A stretch of 64,000 nt of DNA from a virus (IMGVR_UViG_3300032243_000596:1-64000); one strand, 5' to 3'; positions 8,865 through 18,058 are shown, counted from the stretch's first letter. The notes: a model not told the origin generated them from the letters alone. Numbers and translations: made by a program.

Positions 8865-8937
8865 TAATAAAAATAGGACCCGAAGGTCCTATTACTGGTT
8901 ACGAGTTCCAGCGCCACTCTATCGTTGTGGTCGGTTA
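8865..8937 (-). ncRNA. candidate small RNA or leader with two hairpins
   Basis: between a perfect TATAAATA (8942-8949) and a UUCG terminator; no ATG-initiated ORF. Confidence 0.4.
8872..8893 (-). terminator. UUCG-tetraloop terminator
   Basis: AATAGGACC-TTCG-GGTCCTATT-TTT; same core as 26866-26883. Confidence 0.85.
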
Positions 8938-8970
8938 AGAATATTTATATTGGTATATATTACACTAGTA

Positions 8971-9345
8971 TTACAAATGAATCTGGCGGTATCGAGCCAT
9001 AGCTCTCGCTCTGGCCACTGCCAGTCTTACAGTAATGTAATCGCTCAATGGTTCGTCAGGATCAACGGGCACATTGACTATACTGGGTCGACGATAGGGC
9101 ACTTGCAGATCCACCTCGTCTGGACCCGGCAAGTCATCATTTTCGGGATCAGTTAAATCATTGGCTTCGATGAATTTCCGTTGTGTCTTTTTTGCGGCAC
9201 GAACAGCTACGCTTTTCGTCTGCATTTGACTCATTGATACGGAATGTCTGGGGTAGTCCTGGACCTGTGCCACTGTATTCGTTTTTGCCTGGCTTAGGCT
9301 CAAAACGGCTGAAAGTGTAAGGGCTGTGACTGCAAGTTTCATCAT
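8971..9345 (-). CDS. secreted hypothetical protein
   Basis: N-terminal signal peptide. Confidence 0.7.
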   Translation of the reverse strand: MMKLAVTALTLSAVLSLSQAKTNTVAQVQDYPRHSVSMSQMQTKSVAVRAAKKTQRKFIEANDLTDPENDDLPGPDEVDLQVPYRRPSIVNVPVDPDEPLSDYITVRLAVARARAMARYRQIHL

Positions 9346-9428
9346 AGTAGTTTCGATTAAAGTCTAACATAGTAGTTGTCTAGCATCTAATTGCTATATA
9401 TATACAACGCCTTAGCCAGCTGAACAGT

Positions 9429-10577
9429 TTACACACGACGAAACAAATATATGCCTTCGCTCTTATAGGCCTTTTCCAATTTGTTATTGCCCACACCGGG
9501 ACGCACATTCAGCACCATATCGATTTGCTGTGTGTATTCAAATCCTACTCGTTCACTTAAAGCCTTCCAGCGATCCACTATCTCAAAAGTTTCTTTGCCA
9601 TTACGATAGTCGGCAATGTTAACAGCATACACGGCATCCCGGGCCAGACCCCGGTGTATCATTTCCAGCGTGGGTGCCACATAGCCTTCAAACCATAGGT
9701 CTAGTCCCGGATAACGATTCATACATTGGGTGGACTCGTTGGTGTAGGTCTCAAGATTAAAGTAAGGTGGGCTGCTGAATGCCGCATCATAGTGGCCTGG
9801 CTCGGGTTCAAACTCTTCACTGGGCATACAGTTCATACTGGCGCCACGACCCTGACCTTGTTCTTCAAGTAAGGCGCCCAGAGCCTCCAGTCCCTGAAAT
9901 GTTCTTGTGTTGGGATCAATACCTGTATAATGGTAATTGAATCTACTGGTCAAGGCTCCCAACATACGACCACCATAGCCACTACTAAAGTCTAACACAT
10001 TGCCCATAAAGGTGGGACAAATATATTCCCATATGGCTCTGGCATTCATAGGCTTAAAGTTTTGTATGGTGCCCCCATTGACCAATTCCAAGGCACGACG
10101 TAGGTTCTTGGGCAGTACAGTATCTTCACCTTCGTCCCTGTGTACATAACACAATTTGATTGCACGTTTGAGTTTGTTATCGTGCAGAAAGCGAGCACGG
10201 ATACTGACAGTGTCGTTGTCGTTCCATTTAGCATCTTGCATATTGGGAAACCAAAAACGACCAAATGCTAGACCTTCATTGTTGCCCACATTTAATTTTC
10301 TGTTGTTTACAGATTTATGTTTGTGTGCCAGACTGCGTATCTGTTCTCTACATCCATCTAGGTTGTAGTAGGTAATTGGCACTATATTGACCTGACGATA
10401 AAGATCAAACACTTGCTGTTGGATCGCTTCCTTACCAACTGCGTCGGCCCGGTCCCAGGCCTGTTTACTGTAGGCTGTTCGAAATAAATGTTCCACGTGT
10501 TCGTACCCTGTACATACCGGTGCTGTGGGTGTATATCCCCATTCTTGGCACAACTGTTGGTAGTATTGATCGATCAT
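9429..10577 (-). CDS. amino-type DNA methyltransferase-like protein
   Basis: motif I DFSSGYGGR and motif IV FSSPPY; start moved to MIDQYY. Confidence 0.7.
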   Translation of the reverse strand: MIDQYYQQLCQEWGYTPTAPVCTGYEHVEHLFRTAYSKQAWDRADAVGKEAIQQQVFDLYRQVNIVPITYYNLDGCREQIRSLAHKHKSVNNRKLNVGNNEGLAFGRFWFPNMQDAKWNDNDTVSIRARFLHDNKLKRAIKLCYVHRDEGEDTVLPKNLRRALELVNGGTIQNFKPMNARAIWEYICPTFMGNVLDFSSGYGGRMLGALTSRFNYHYTGIDPNTRTFQGLEALGALLEEQGQGRGASMNCMPSEEFEPEPGHYDAAFSSPPYFNLETYTNESTQCMNRYPGLDLWFEGYVAPTLEMIHRGLARDAVYAVNIADYRNGKETFEIVDRWKALSERVGFEYTQQIDMVLNVRPGVGNNKLEKAYKSEGIYLFRRV

Positions 10578-10596
10578 TGAGCTTTGTATTATAAAG

Positions 10597-10621
10597 AAAA
10601 AAGGTTGCCTGAGCAACCTTT
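10597..10621 (-). terminator. terminator of the tmRNA gene
   Basis: AAAGGTTGC-TCAG-GCAACCTTT-TTT. Confidence 0.85.
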
Positions 10622-10911
10622 CTGGTGGTTTCTGTTACGAGGTATTTCCTACCCTAGGCTGCGTTTAGGCTGCCAATGCGAACTGTGAGTCGTTTGCGTT
10701 TACTTTTGTGCTTGATTTACGGTCATCGCCTACCGAGCGCCATTATCCCTACTCTTGACCCAATCGATCCTGTGTCAGGCCCATTATAAAGTACATTCAC
10801 GTTTCTGATGTCTCTGTTGGCTATATGCCAACCGAATATACTTTATGGTGGACCTGGGCGGCACTGCCCCGCCGTCTTGAATCTGTTTCTTGATAACAGT
10901 TTACGCTGTTA
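10622..10911 (-). ncRNA. ssrA: circularly permuted (two-piece) tmRNA
   Basis: acceptor piece ends CAGGTCCACCA at 10846; coding piece starts GGGCCTG at 10782; 7-bp acceptor stem with G3:U; tag GCA AAC GAC TCA CAG TTC GCA TTG GCA GCC TAA at 10697-10665. The 5' boundary is approximate. Confidence 0.93.
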
Positions 10912-11277
10912 AAATCTAACCAACACTTCTTGGTATACACCATTCACCAGCATAATTTGCTTGTGATAAGCAATACCATTCAAATAAACAACATCTTGTG
11001 GTTGTTGTACAACTACCGGAGGTTGCTGAACAATTATAGGTGGGTTAGGTGGAACGGGTTGTCCATTTACTATAACACCACCAGGTTGTCCATTTACTAT
11101 AACAGTGGGTTGTTGACTACGAGCGATCTCATAACCAATCACTCCGCCTATGATGGTTGGTGCTACCCAATTGCCATATCCCCAACCACCACCATATCCA
11201 CCGTGAAAGTGGCGATGTTGGGCACTTGCAGAAACTGCTACCAAACTTAAAATTAATGCGGAAAGTATCTTAGACAT
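10909..11277 (-). CDS. secreted Gly/Pro/Val-rich protein
   Basis: signal peptide, repeated VIVNGQP. Confidence 0.75.
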   Translation of the reverse strand: MSKILSALILSLVAVSASAQHRHFHGGYGGGWGYGNWVAPTIIGGVIGYEIARSQQPTVIVNGQPGGVIVNGQPVPPNPPIIVQQPPVVVQQPQDVVYLNGIAYHKQIMLVNGVYQEVLVRF

Positions 11278-11331
11278 TGAGGTCTCCTGTGTACTTATTT
11301 AACGCCTGACCACTGAAATTAGTTGACAAAA

Positions 11332-11349
11332 AAGCCCCTTTCGGGGCTT
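11332..11349 (-). terminator. GNRA-loop terminator
   Basis: AAGCCCC-GAAA-GGGGCTT-TTTT. Confidence 0.8.
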
Positions 11350-11367
11350 ACGGCACACTTGCAGTAA

Positions 11368-11697
11368 TTACTCTGCAACTGCTTCTGTAGCCTTAGCACG
11401 AGCTTTGATAGCATCAATGCTTGGCTTGGCTGTTTTGGCCTTGGTAACTTTGACAGTCTCGACTGCATTGTACTTGGCATCTGCGGCATCAATTGCAGCA
11501 GTAAAACGTGCATCTGTGTACAGATCAGTGGTCTTCAAATAAGTAACCACGGCAGGCTTGTCCATAGCCTGGGGTAGGTCGCGCAACTCAACATCAGTGT
11601 GACCGTTCTTGTCGAGAACTTTAACACGAGTCATATCGTTGGCAAAACGAACTTTGGCCTCACCATTCAAAATAGAAACACCAGCAACTTTAAACAT
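11368..11697 (-). CDS. hypothetical protein with Lys/Ala-rich tail
   Basis: AGGAG SD; promoter at 11760-11788 (TTGACA-17-TATAAT). Confidence 0.75.
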   Translation of the reverse strand: MFKVAGVSILNGEAKVRFANDMTRVKVLDKNGHTDVELRDLPQAMDKPAVVTYLKTTDLYTDARFTAAIDAADAKYNAVETVKVTKAKTAKPSIDAIKARAKATEAVAE

Positions 11698-11815
11698 AAA
11701 AACTCCTAGAAAAACAAGTTAGTTGAAAAATGTTAGCACTCAATCGCTAACATATTCAAATTATAGCTGAATTCGAAATTGATGTCAACTATTTTTTGAA
11801 TTTGGTTTACCAAAA

Positions 11816-11944
11816 TTAATTGGCCAATTCTTTGCTTTGGCTTTTGACCGCCGTCACACCGTTGTCCAAAATTCGAGCAATGCCCGAAAATCCCACAGTG
11901 GCCACAACCAAACCCGTAACAAAACCGATTAATATTTTGCCCAT
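11816..11944 (-). CDS. 42-aa membrane peptide (not in ORF track)
   Basis: MGKILIGFVTGLVVATVGFSGIARILDNGVTAVKSQSKELAN; TAATG coupling. Confidence 0.6.
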   Translation of the reverse strand: MGKILIGFVTGLVVATVGFSGIARILDNGVTAVKSQSKELAN

Positions 11945-12423
11945 TACACAGTCTCCTCAACCTTGGTCAACACTTGAGCCAAGGGTACCAGCTTGCATCC
12001 AAGTTGGGCATCATCTTTATAGGTAGTGCCCACGTACCACACACCGTCTTGCATAATGTAGTAAAACTCGGCGCCACAACCATCAGCACGAGCGAAGAAC
12101 TCTTCAAAACTGTGGTCAATCTTAAACTCTGTGTCTGTATCGCCACGGTCACGACCGTAAAAGGTAGTGATTTGAGAACGAGCTTCTGACTCCGCTTGGT
12201 ACTCAGGCGTACCGTAAGGGGCTTGCATATTGAAATCGTGCTTTTCGCCAATGTTAGGACCCAGTGAGCTGATGTCACCCAGGGCTACCAAATTGGCAGC
12301 TTTTGAGCTGTCATAGTGTTCTTGCAAAATAGCGCCATTGTGTTCCAAATAGCCATCCCAGTGGCAATAAACACTACGGCAATTGTCACCAAACATAATA
12401 CCAATTCGACTACGTGTACCCAT
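11944..12423 (-). CDS. phage hypothetical protein
   Basis: MGTRSRIG...SVYCHWDGY; AGGAG SD; promoter at 12454-12482. Confidence 0.8.
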   Translation of the reverse strand: MGTRSRIGIMFGDNCRSVYCHWDGYLEHNGAILQEHYDSSKAANLVALGDISSLGPNIGEKHDFNMQAPYGTPEYQAESEARSQITTFYGRDRGDTDTEFKIDHSFEEFFARADGCGAEFYYIMQDGVWYVGTTYKDDAQLGCKLVPLAQVLTKVEETV

Positions 12424-12478
12424 TACAGACTCCTAGTGTTAAACAATACGTATATTATACAACCAAAATCAATTAATG

Positions 12479-12832
12479 TCAATCCAAACGACTGCCAGCA
12501 TAGGCTGTGAAACCGTATTTTTGAAACACTTTGGCGGCCGCTTCTGCACCCACTGCCAAGGTGTCCACGTTCTGAACGTAGAGCCCGCTGGGATTCCAAA
12601 TTGAGAACGCCTTGGTGTAGTCCTGCTTGACGCCTACTTTCTTCAAGAGCTTGCCCAATTTGGTATTGCCCTTGACACCGTGAATGTTGACCCAAGCAAA
12701 GCCACAGGCATACTGATCCACACCGTTCAAGTTGGTATGGAAGAAACGCTTGGCCGCTATGTTGGCCGCGCATTTGGCTTCTGCCACGATATGCTGTACC
12801 TGCTCCAGTGTAGTGATATTTGCTGTAGTCAT
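12479..12832 (-). CDS. phage hypothetical protein
   Basis: CGFAWVNI motif; promoter at 12866-12894 (TTGCTC-17-TATAAT). Confidence 0.8.
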   Translation of the reverse strand: MTTANITTLEQVQHIVAEAKCAANIAAKRFFHTNLNGVDQYACGFAWVNIHGVKGNTKLGKLLKKVGVKQDYTKAFSIWNPSGLYVQNVDTLAVGAEAAAKVFQKYGFTAYAGSRLD

Positions 12833-12925
12833 AAGTTACGCTCCTTTGTTGCTTACTATGTCATTATTATAACAGTAATTCGAATTTTGAGCAATAATAC
12901 CCGCCCAAAAAGAGCGGGTATTACA

Positions 12926-12945
12926 AGTAGTACTTAGGTATTACT
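12926..12945. repeat. promoter-associated palindrome copy
   Basis: AGTAGTAC-TTAG-GTATTACT; supplies the HNH stop codon. Confidence 0.8.
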
Positions 12946-13374
12946 TTTTCCGGGCTTGTAATCTTCGTTAATCACCGTTTTGATAGCGTGGCAAACTACG
13001 CAAATGCCGTTGACGTTTTCCTCTGTATCTTCGCCCCCGTCTGCCGCACGGATTTGATGATCGCCGTGCATCAAAGTTCTTGCCACTCTACGTTTGGTCA
13101 TTTCATCAGTTATGTGAGCCAGTCTTGGATCTGCTAACGAATCATATCCACATTCGGCACATACGTATGACCTGTGGAATGTATGGGGGCGGTCAGTCCT
13201 CCCCATACCGCCGTACTCAATTTGATTGCGTTGATGGTACCTGCAAAGTGTGCTTTCACCGGGACCTTTCATATTGGTCAAAGGCTTGCCACAGCCTGGG
13301 ATGGAGCAGGTGTGACCCAACTCCTTCCTAATCTGGGCAAGACTCTTTGGTTTGTCGAAAGTAAACAGTCGCAT
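12934..13374 (-). CDS. HNH endonuclease with zinc-binding motifs
   Basis: HGDHQIRAADGGEDTEENVNGICVVCH; start moved to MRLFTF. Confidence 0.8.
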   Translation of the reverse strand: MRLFTFDKPKSLAQIRKELGHTCSIPGCGKPLTNMKGPGESTLCRYHQRNQIEYGGMGRTDRPHTFHRSYVCAECGYDSLADPRLAHITDEMTKRRVARTLMHGDHQIRAADGGEDTEENVNGICVVCHAIKTVINEDYKPGKSNT

Positions 13375-13375
13375 T

Positions 13376-14545
13376 TTAGTACAGGTCTTCGCGAGCAGGA
13401 GTAAATTCACTGCTGGTGTTGCTATTCAATTTAGCAAAGCCCTTGAGATCTTTCTTAACTTGCTCGGCAAGGAAAGGATAACCGTGTAAAGGTTCTTTGT
13501 TACAACGAGCAACTCCGTAGCCCACGTGAGCATCGTGCCAGTTACGATAAGCATTACCCACGTGTGCCCAGAATCGACTTGAAGGGCCAAAGTCTGCACC
13601 CCACTTGGTCTTGGCAAGATTGGCCACGTCAAACACCTGTTCAGGAGTCAATTTAAGTTTAGCAAGACGGCAACGTTCAAAGAAGTAGGCCATCATCACC
13701 ATTTCCTTTTCCTCTACTGCGCGATGCTGTGCGCCAACTGCTACCAAATAATCGCACAACCATTCAAGTGACTCTGTGTCCATCTTGTTGAATTCTTGCA
13801 TACGACTAATTGCGCCAGGCATATGATCGTCACCAAATTTTTTGCTAGTAAGAAACAGACCGCGACTTTCCACAATTTGTTGCTTTTCTTCCATTAGTCG
13901 CCACAAAGGATGATTGCTACCGTCCACACGTACACCGTAAATCATTTGCTCGATCTTATCAAACAAGTCCAGCATCTTTTTGCCTTCTTCGCTGTTAAGG
14001 TCAATGAAACAACCTCGCATCTCTGCCTTTTGATTGCTGGCGTATACACACACAGGGATTTCAAAATTCTCTGGATCCTCGCCAAAGATTTGTGTGCAGA
14101 TTAGCCAAAGTAATACTAAAGTATGCTGCCCGTCCCACGCAAGATAAATGTCGCTGTCGGGGTCTGGCATATAGGTATGCACAGGTATGACCTTTGTTGC
14201 AACAAATACATTCAGCAAAGTTAACACCCAAGCAATGTTGAGTTGGCGTTGCATTGAGTCGTCGATGTGAACTTGACTCATTTTAACAGTCCAGGCCTTG
14301 GCCAATTTCTTTTTAAGATCCTTGGTGCCTTTGATATCAGGATTGCGTAAACGGAATTCGTTGATTGCCGCCGCAAGTCCTGCATCTACTGCTTGTTGTT
14401 GGATTCGGGGAAGTGCGTTGTAAGTCTCGTCCCATCGTTGTTTGACAGTTCGAATTTGACTTGCTGAGATTGAGAAACGGCCGTTCTTTTGAGCCGCATA
14501 AGTTTGAGTCGTAGATTGACCAGACCCGTTAATGAAATTTAACAT
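13376..14545 (-). CDS. ParB/Srx-superfamily (DGQH motif) protein
   Basis: MQRQLN...YLAWDGQHT; own promoter at 14598-14625. Confidence 0.6.
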   Translation of the reverse strand: MLNFINGSGQSTTQTYAAQKNGRFSISASQIRTVKQRWDETYNALPRIQQQAVDAGLAAAINEFRLRNPDIKGTKDLKKKLAKAWTVKMSQVHIDDSMQRQLNIAWVLTLLNVFVATKVIPVHTYMPDPDSDIYLAWDGQHTLVLLWLICTQIFGEDPENFEIPVCVYASNQKAEMRGCFIDLNSEEGKKMLDLFDKIEQMIYGVRVDGSNHPLWRLMEEKQQIVESRGLFLTSKKFGDDHMPGAISRMQEFNKMDTESLEWLCDYLVAVGAQHRAVEEKEMVMMAYFFERCRLAKLKLTPEQVFDVANLAKTKWGADFGPSSRFWAHVGNAYRNWHDAHVGYGVARCNKEPLHGYPFLAEQVKKDLKGFAKLNSNTSSEFTPAREDLY

Positions 14546-14621
14546 TTTGGTAACTCCAGTTTTGTTTAAGTTTCGTGCAACGGTTGCACAGTGACTAATT
14601 ATACTGGTTTTTTAATAAATG

Positions 14622-14879
14622 TCAACGGGTCAGTGCGTCTAATTGCTTTTTTTCCGCTTCGGGAATCGGGGCGGTGGTTTGTGTGGGCATAGCCACGGCG
14701 TGACAGGTGCGGATCACCTGTGTATTAGGGCCGTTCCACGGGATTGATATGACACGCCCTGTCACAGGATCCACAGCACCCATACGTGGCACATTTACAA
14801 CACGGTTTTCACAAACGGTGGCAACCTGTGCGTGAGCTACACTTGTAAACAAAAGTATTAAGGCCAGAGCTTTGGTCAT
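14622..14879 (-). CDS. small secreted protein, probably leaderless
   Basis: signal peptide; TTGACA-17-TATACT-6-ATG. Confidence 0.7.
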   Translation of the reverse strand: MTKALALILLFTSVAHAQVATVCENRVVNVPRMGAVDPVTGRVISIPWNGPNTQVIRTCHAVAMPTQTTAPIPEAEKKQLDALTR

Positions 14880-14900
14880 AGTACTAGTATAGCACCAAAA

Positions 14901-15362
14901 TCATTTTTTGTCAATAGTTTTTGCAGGCCGCCAATGAAACACAGTCATACCCATACTGGGGTATTCTTCGTGGGTCCACTTTGGTCCTAGTATATTTTGG
15001 ATCACCGGAACAAAGTATTTACGGTATAAACTGGTACGATTATCCTGTTTGCTAGTGAATGATATGGCTGGCGGGCGAGCTTTGGCAATATATTCGGGCA
15101 ATTGTTGTTTAATGATATTAAGAACTGTACTCAAGATTTTCACAGTCGACTTGCTGGCACTAGTGGGTCGATCAGTCGCATCATAATTTCCATTTACGGT
15201 AAATGTAATATGAAGTGTGTCATTAAATTCACTGCGGTCAAAAAACACATCTACCCAATGATTGTCCACGGTTGCGTGAAACAGACTGCGCTTTCTTCTA
15301 CGATTGGGTTTATAGTCAGCGGGTGCGTTGCCTAATTCTATTAAAAATTCCTCTGCCCTCAT
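14901..15362 (-). CDS. hypothetical protein, possible internal head protein
   Basis: N-terminus MRAEEFLIE; ATGA-coupled to the amidoligase gene. Confidence 0.6.
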   Translation of the reverse strand: MRAEEFLIELGNAPADYKPNRRRKRSLFHATVDNHWVDVFFDRSEFNDTLHITFTVNGNYDATDRPTSASKSTVKILSTVLNIIKQQLPEYIAKARPPAISFTSKQDNRTSLYRKYFVPVIQNILGPKWTHEEYPSMGMTVFHWRPAKTIDKK

Positions 15363-18013
15363 CGCATCACCGGATAAACTTCGAAACCTTCACCACTTAC
15401 GCCCATTCCGTTGTCCCGTAACCACGCGGCGGCTACTCTGTTGGCATCTGCTTGGTTGTTGCCCACACCACTAAAACGATAGACTTCATCACCGTTGACC
15501 AAGACCTTCCACTCACCATTAAATTGAGTGCCGTAGTTGATGGTGCGGCCATCGGTTCTGGCCTGACCTGTGGCGCCGTATACATTGTCCGTGGCCGCTG
15601 GCGCGACAGGTCGTCCATCATCATCGACCAGACTATATTGACGATTTGGGTGGCTATCTTGATATTCTTGGAATTGCTGCAGAGCAGCTTGATCGCTTGT
15701 TGCGAGGAATCCTGCCGAAGTTTCTTGATTTTGGTTTAGGATTCTATACTGTCTGTGTACAGGCTGATTGGCTGTTGTGGCCCTAGACTGATTGGTTACA
15801 GCAGGTCCACGACGAACACCAAAATTTTCAGGGTCGCTTTGGCCGGCACCGTGCTGACGATAGTCGTCTAATCTTATTCTTGCTTCGTCATCATTGCGAG
15901 CAGGGAATGTATCTATAACTTGACCAGTAGTTCTATTGTAGAGTTCGTAATCAACACGGGCGTCAACAGCCTGTGGAGTTCTGGTATCAATACGGCGGCC
16001 ACCAATGCCCACGTGTATGGGGCCTCCTTGCCTGTTGGCCAGTTGTTGTGCGGCTTCAATCGCCTCTCCTTGTGTGTCATAGTAGTCAAGACGACGGCCG
16101 CTGTCATCATATACCAAATAGCCCTCTGAGCCCACAGTTCTTACACCGTACATATCGTGTCGTCCATCAGCAATCAGTCTTGCAGCATAAGCCTGTGCTG
16201 AGCCACGATCAGTAATAGGTTGCTGATTCTGAGCAATATTCATTACGCTATTGCCAGTAGCCCTGTTATAGATTTCCCAAGGTCCAGGACCTGAAGGTCG
16301 GAGGCTGTTAGAAAGATTGGCATTGTCCTCATATGATCTCACTGCTTCTGCGTCCATTCGAGCTAGAGTATTAACCAAGAGTGGTTCTCCCCACTCTTTG
16401 GCGGCTTTCTGTTTGGCTTCTTCTTCACTGGAGGCAACTACTTCCACTGTGGCACTATATCGGCCAGCTCCTCGACCGTCTTTGTAAACCTTCCACCACA
16501 TCTTTTGATCCCCGGTTCCGCCACGTTTGATTTTACGTTGTAGTTGTGCTTGTTTGACAAAACTGCGTAGTGCGGCCTGTGGAATCTTACCTGCCACATA
16601 GTCAACAAAGTATTTTACAGTATTGGTTTCGTCGGTATCTTTTTGAGTCAGCAACTTATAAAGTTTAGTGTGATATTCTTTTTTATATTTTTCAGGATCA
16701 CAGGCCGCATCCAGTGCCACTACAAAACGCAACAGGGTATTTTTAATTTTATTGGGATCGGCTGCATAGTCTCCCAACCAATCTCCACCTGGGCTACGAA
16801 ATTCAATATATTTGTCTTTGGTGTTGATACTGGTATACTTGCTGGTTATGCCACTGTGTATGACCTTACTGGCTATACCTTCTAGACCATTTTTCAATGC
16901 GTCCAATAATTTTTCAGCTGCATCAGGTTGACTGCGTATACGTTTTTCAATATCCGTTAGAGCACTTTTGGCAAAACTGTTGCCCATACGACCAAACTGT
17001 TCTAGCACATACTTGTCACCCATCAATACTGCCAGTTTAACATAGTCCAGCTTGTTTAACTCAAAGCCAGGTACACTGACATTAATGTGTAGACCTGTAG
17101 ATTCATTTGTATAGCAACCATTGCTGGCAGCCCATTTGGCCACCTTGTCTAGGTCGCTCAACATATCTGGGATAGACAAGGCAGGACTGACAAATTCCAG
17201 TCCTTTATCAGCACTGCTGTCCTCTGCATCTAAACTGCCATCAGGTTCTACCACATAAAAGTCTGTGCCAGTTCCGGGTCTTTTTTGGCCCGATTGATGA
17301 TAGTTACTGTAGGCACGAGCCGGCCGACCAATGGCGGCAGAAAATTGATCAGCAACTTCCTCAATATCTGCTTCACCTTCGTCGCTTGGCTCTGTATAGT
17401 AGGGCCAGGTGATGCTGTAGTTACCTTCTATGTCCCTCATACTGTCTAGATCTGCATCTTCTAACCAGTCACTTTCGTCCCAATCTTCTCGATGATCTTC
17501 ACGGAACTCTTCATAGGCTTCTTGATATGCTGTACTGCCTGGGTCAGCGTGTACGTTGGAGGTATATTCTTCCAAGGCTTCATTGCGGTCATCGCCATCT
17601 AGGTCATCAGGATTCCATTCTGATTCATCTACGTTGTTTTTGACCCATTCAAGAATATAGTCTTCTCCGTCACTTTCCCACTCTTTGTTAATCTTTTCTT
17701 CTACCCATTCGTAGTAGTCTTCTGTCATCTTGTCACGCAAGCGGTCAGCATCAGCGCGACTGTTATATTCACGGTCATAGAAAAATTCATAGGCATCTTG
17801 TATGCTACGACAACGTTGATCCTGATCATAGTCAGGCTCACTTTCGTAGTAATCATCGCCACCACCTGCAATATTGGGCACGTACATTTCAAATTCCATA
17901 CCCGCCCGGGCATCGATATCCCCAGCCAACCTGGACAAATTACTGGGACTCATATTGACTTCGAACAGGTCTTGATCTTCTGAGATTAATTTTTTAACTT
18001 CTTTAAAACGCAT
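15359..18013 (-). CDS. putative amidoligase (COOH-NH2 ligase type 2) multidomain protein
   Basis: GMEFE, EPDGSL, GLEFVSP, STGLHINVS, IEFR; acidic insert; repeated C-terminal modules. Confidence 0.75.
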   Translation of the reverse strand: MRFKEVKKLISEDQDLFEVNMSPSNLSRLAGDIDARAGMEFEMYVPNIAGGGDDYYESEPDYDQDQRCRSIQDAYEFFYDREYNSRADADRLRDKMTEDYYEWVEEKINKEWESDGEDYILEWVKNNVDESEWNPDDLDGDDRNEALEEYTSNVHADPGSTAYQEAYEEFREDHREDWDESDWLEDADLDSMRDIEGNYSITWPYYTEPSDEGEADIEEVADQFSAAIGRPARAYSNYHQSGQKRPGTGTDFYVVEPDGSLDAEDSSADKGLEFVSPALSIPDMLSDLDKVAKWAASNGCYTNESTGLHINVSVPGFELNKLDYVKLAVLMGDKYVLEQFGRMGNSFAKSALTDIEKRIRSQPDAAEKLLDALKNGLEGIASKVIHSGITSKYTSINTKDKYIEFRSPGGDWLGDYAADPNKIKNTLLRFVVALDAACDPEKYKKEYHTKLYKLLTQKDTDETNTVKYFVDYVAGKIPQAALRSFVKQAQLQRKIKRGGTGDQKMWWKVYKDGRGAGRYSATVEVVASSEEEAKQKAAKEWGEPLLVNTLARMDAEAVRSYEDNANLSNSLRPSGPGPWEIYNRATGNSVMNIAQNQQPITDRGSAQAYAARLIADGRHDMYGVRTVGSEGYLVYDDSGRRLDYYDTQGEAIEAAQQLANRQGGPIHVGIGGRRIDTRTPQAVDARVDYELYNRTTGQVIDTFPARNDDEARIRLDDYRQHGAGQSDPENFGVRRGPAVTNQSRATTANQPVHRQYRILNQNQETSAGFLATSDQAALQQFQEYQDSHPNRQYSLVDDDGRPVAPAATDNVYGATGQARTDGRTINYGTQFNGEWKVLVNGDEVYRFSGVGNNQADANRVAAAWLRDNGMGVSGEGFEVYPVMR

Positions 18014-18058
18014 AGGTATGATAGTGTCTAGATACTATATTTAGCAGGTCACAAAAAA

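Noticed and set aside
8895-8930. Guanidine-II riboswitch or wcaG RNA identity for the two-hairpin element
   Set aside because: Loops are 9 nt and only one has ACGA; the UGGCG match alone is too short.
12423-12773. 116-aa alternative-frame ORF
   Set aside because: Overlaps the better-supported 12479-12832 gene that has the SD and promoter.
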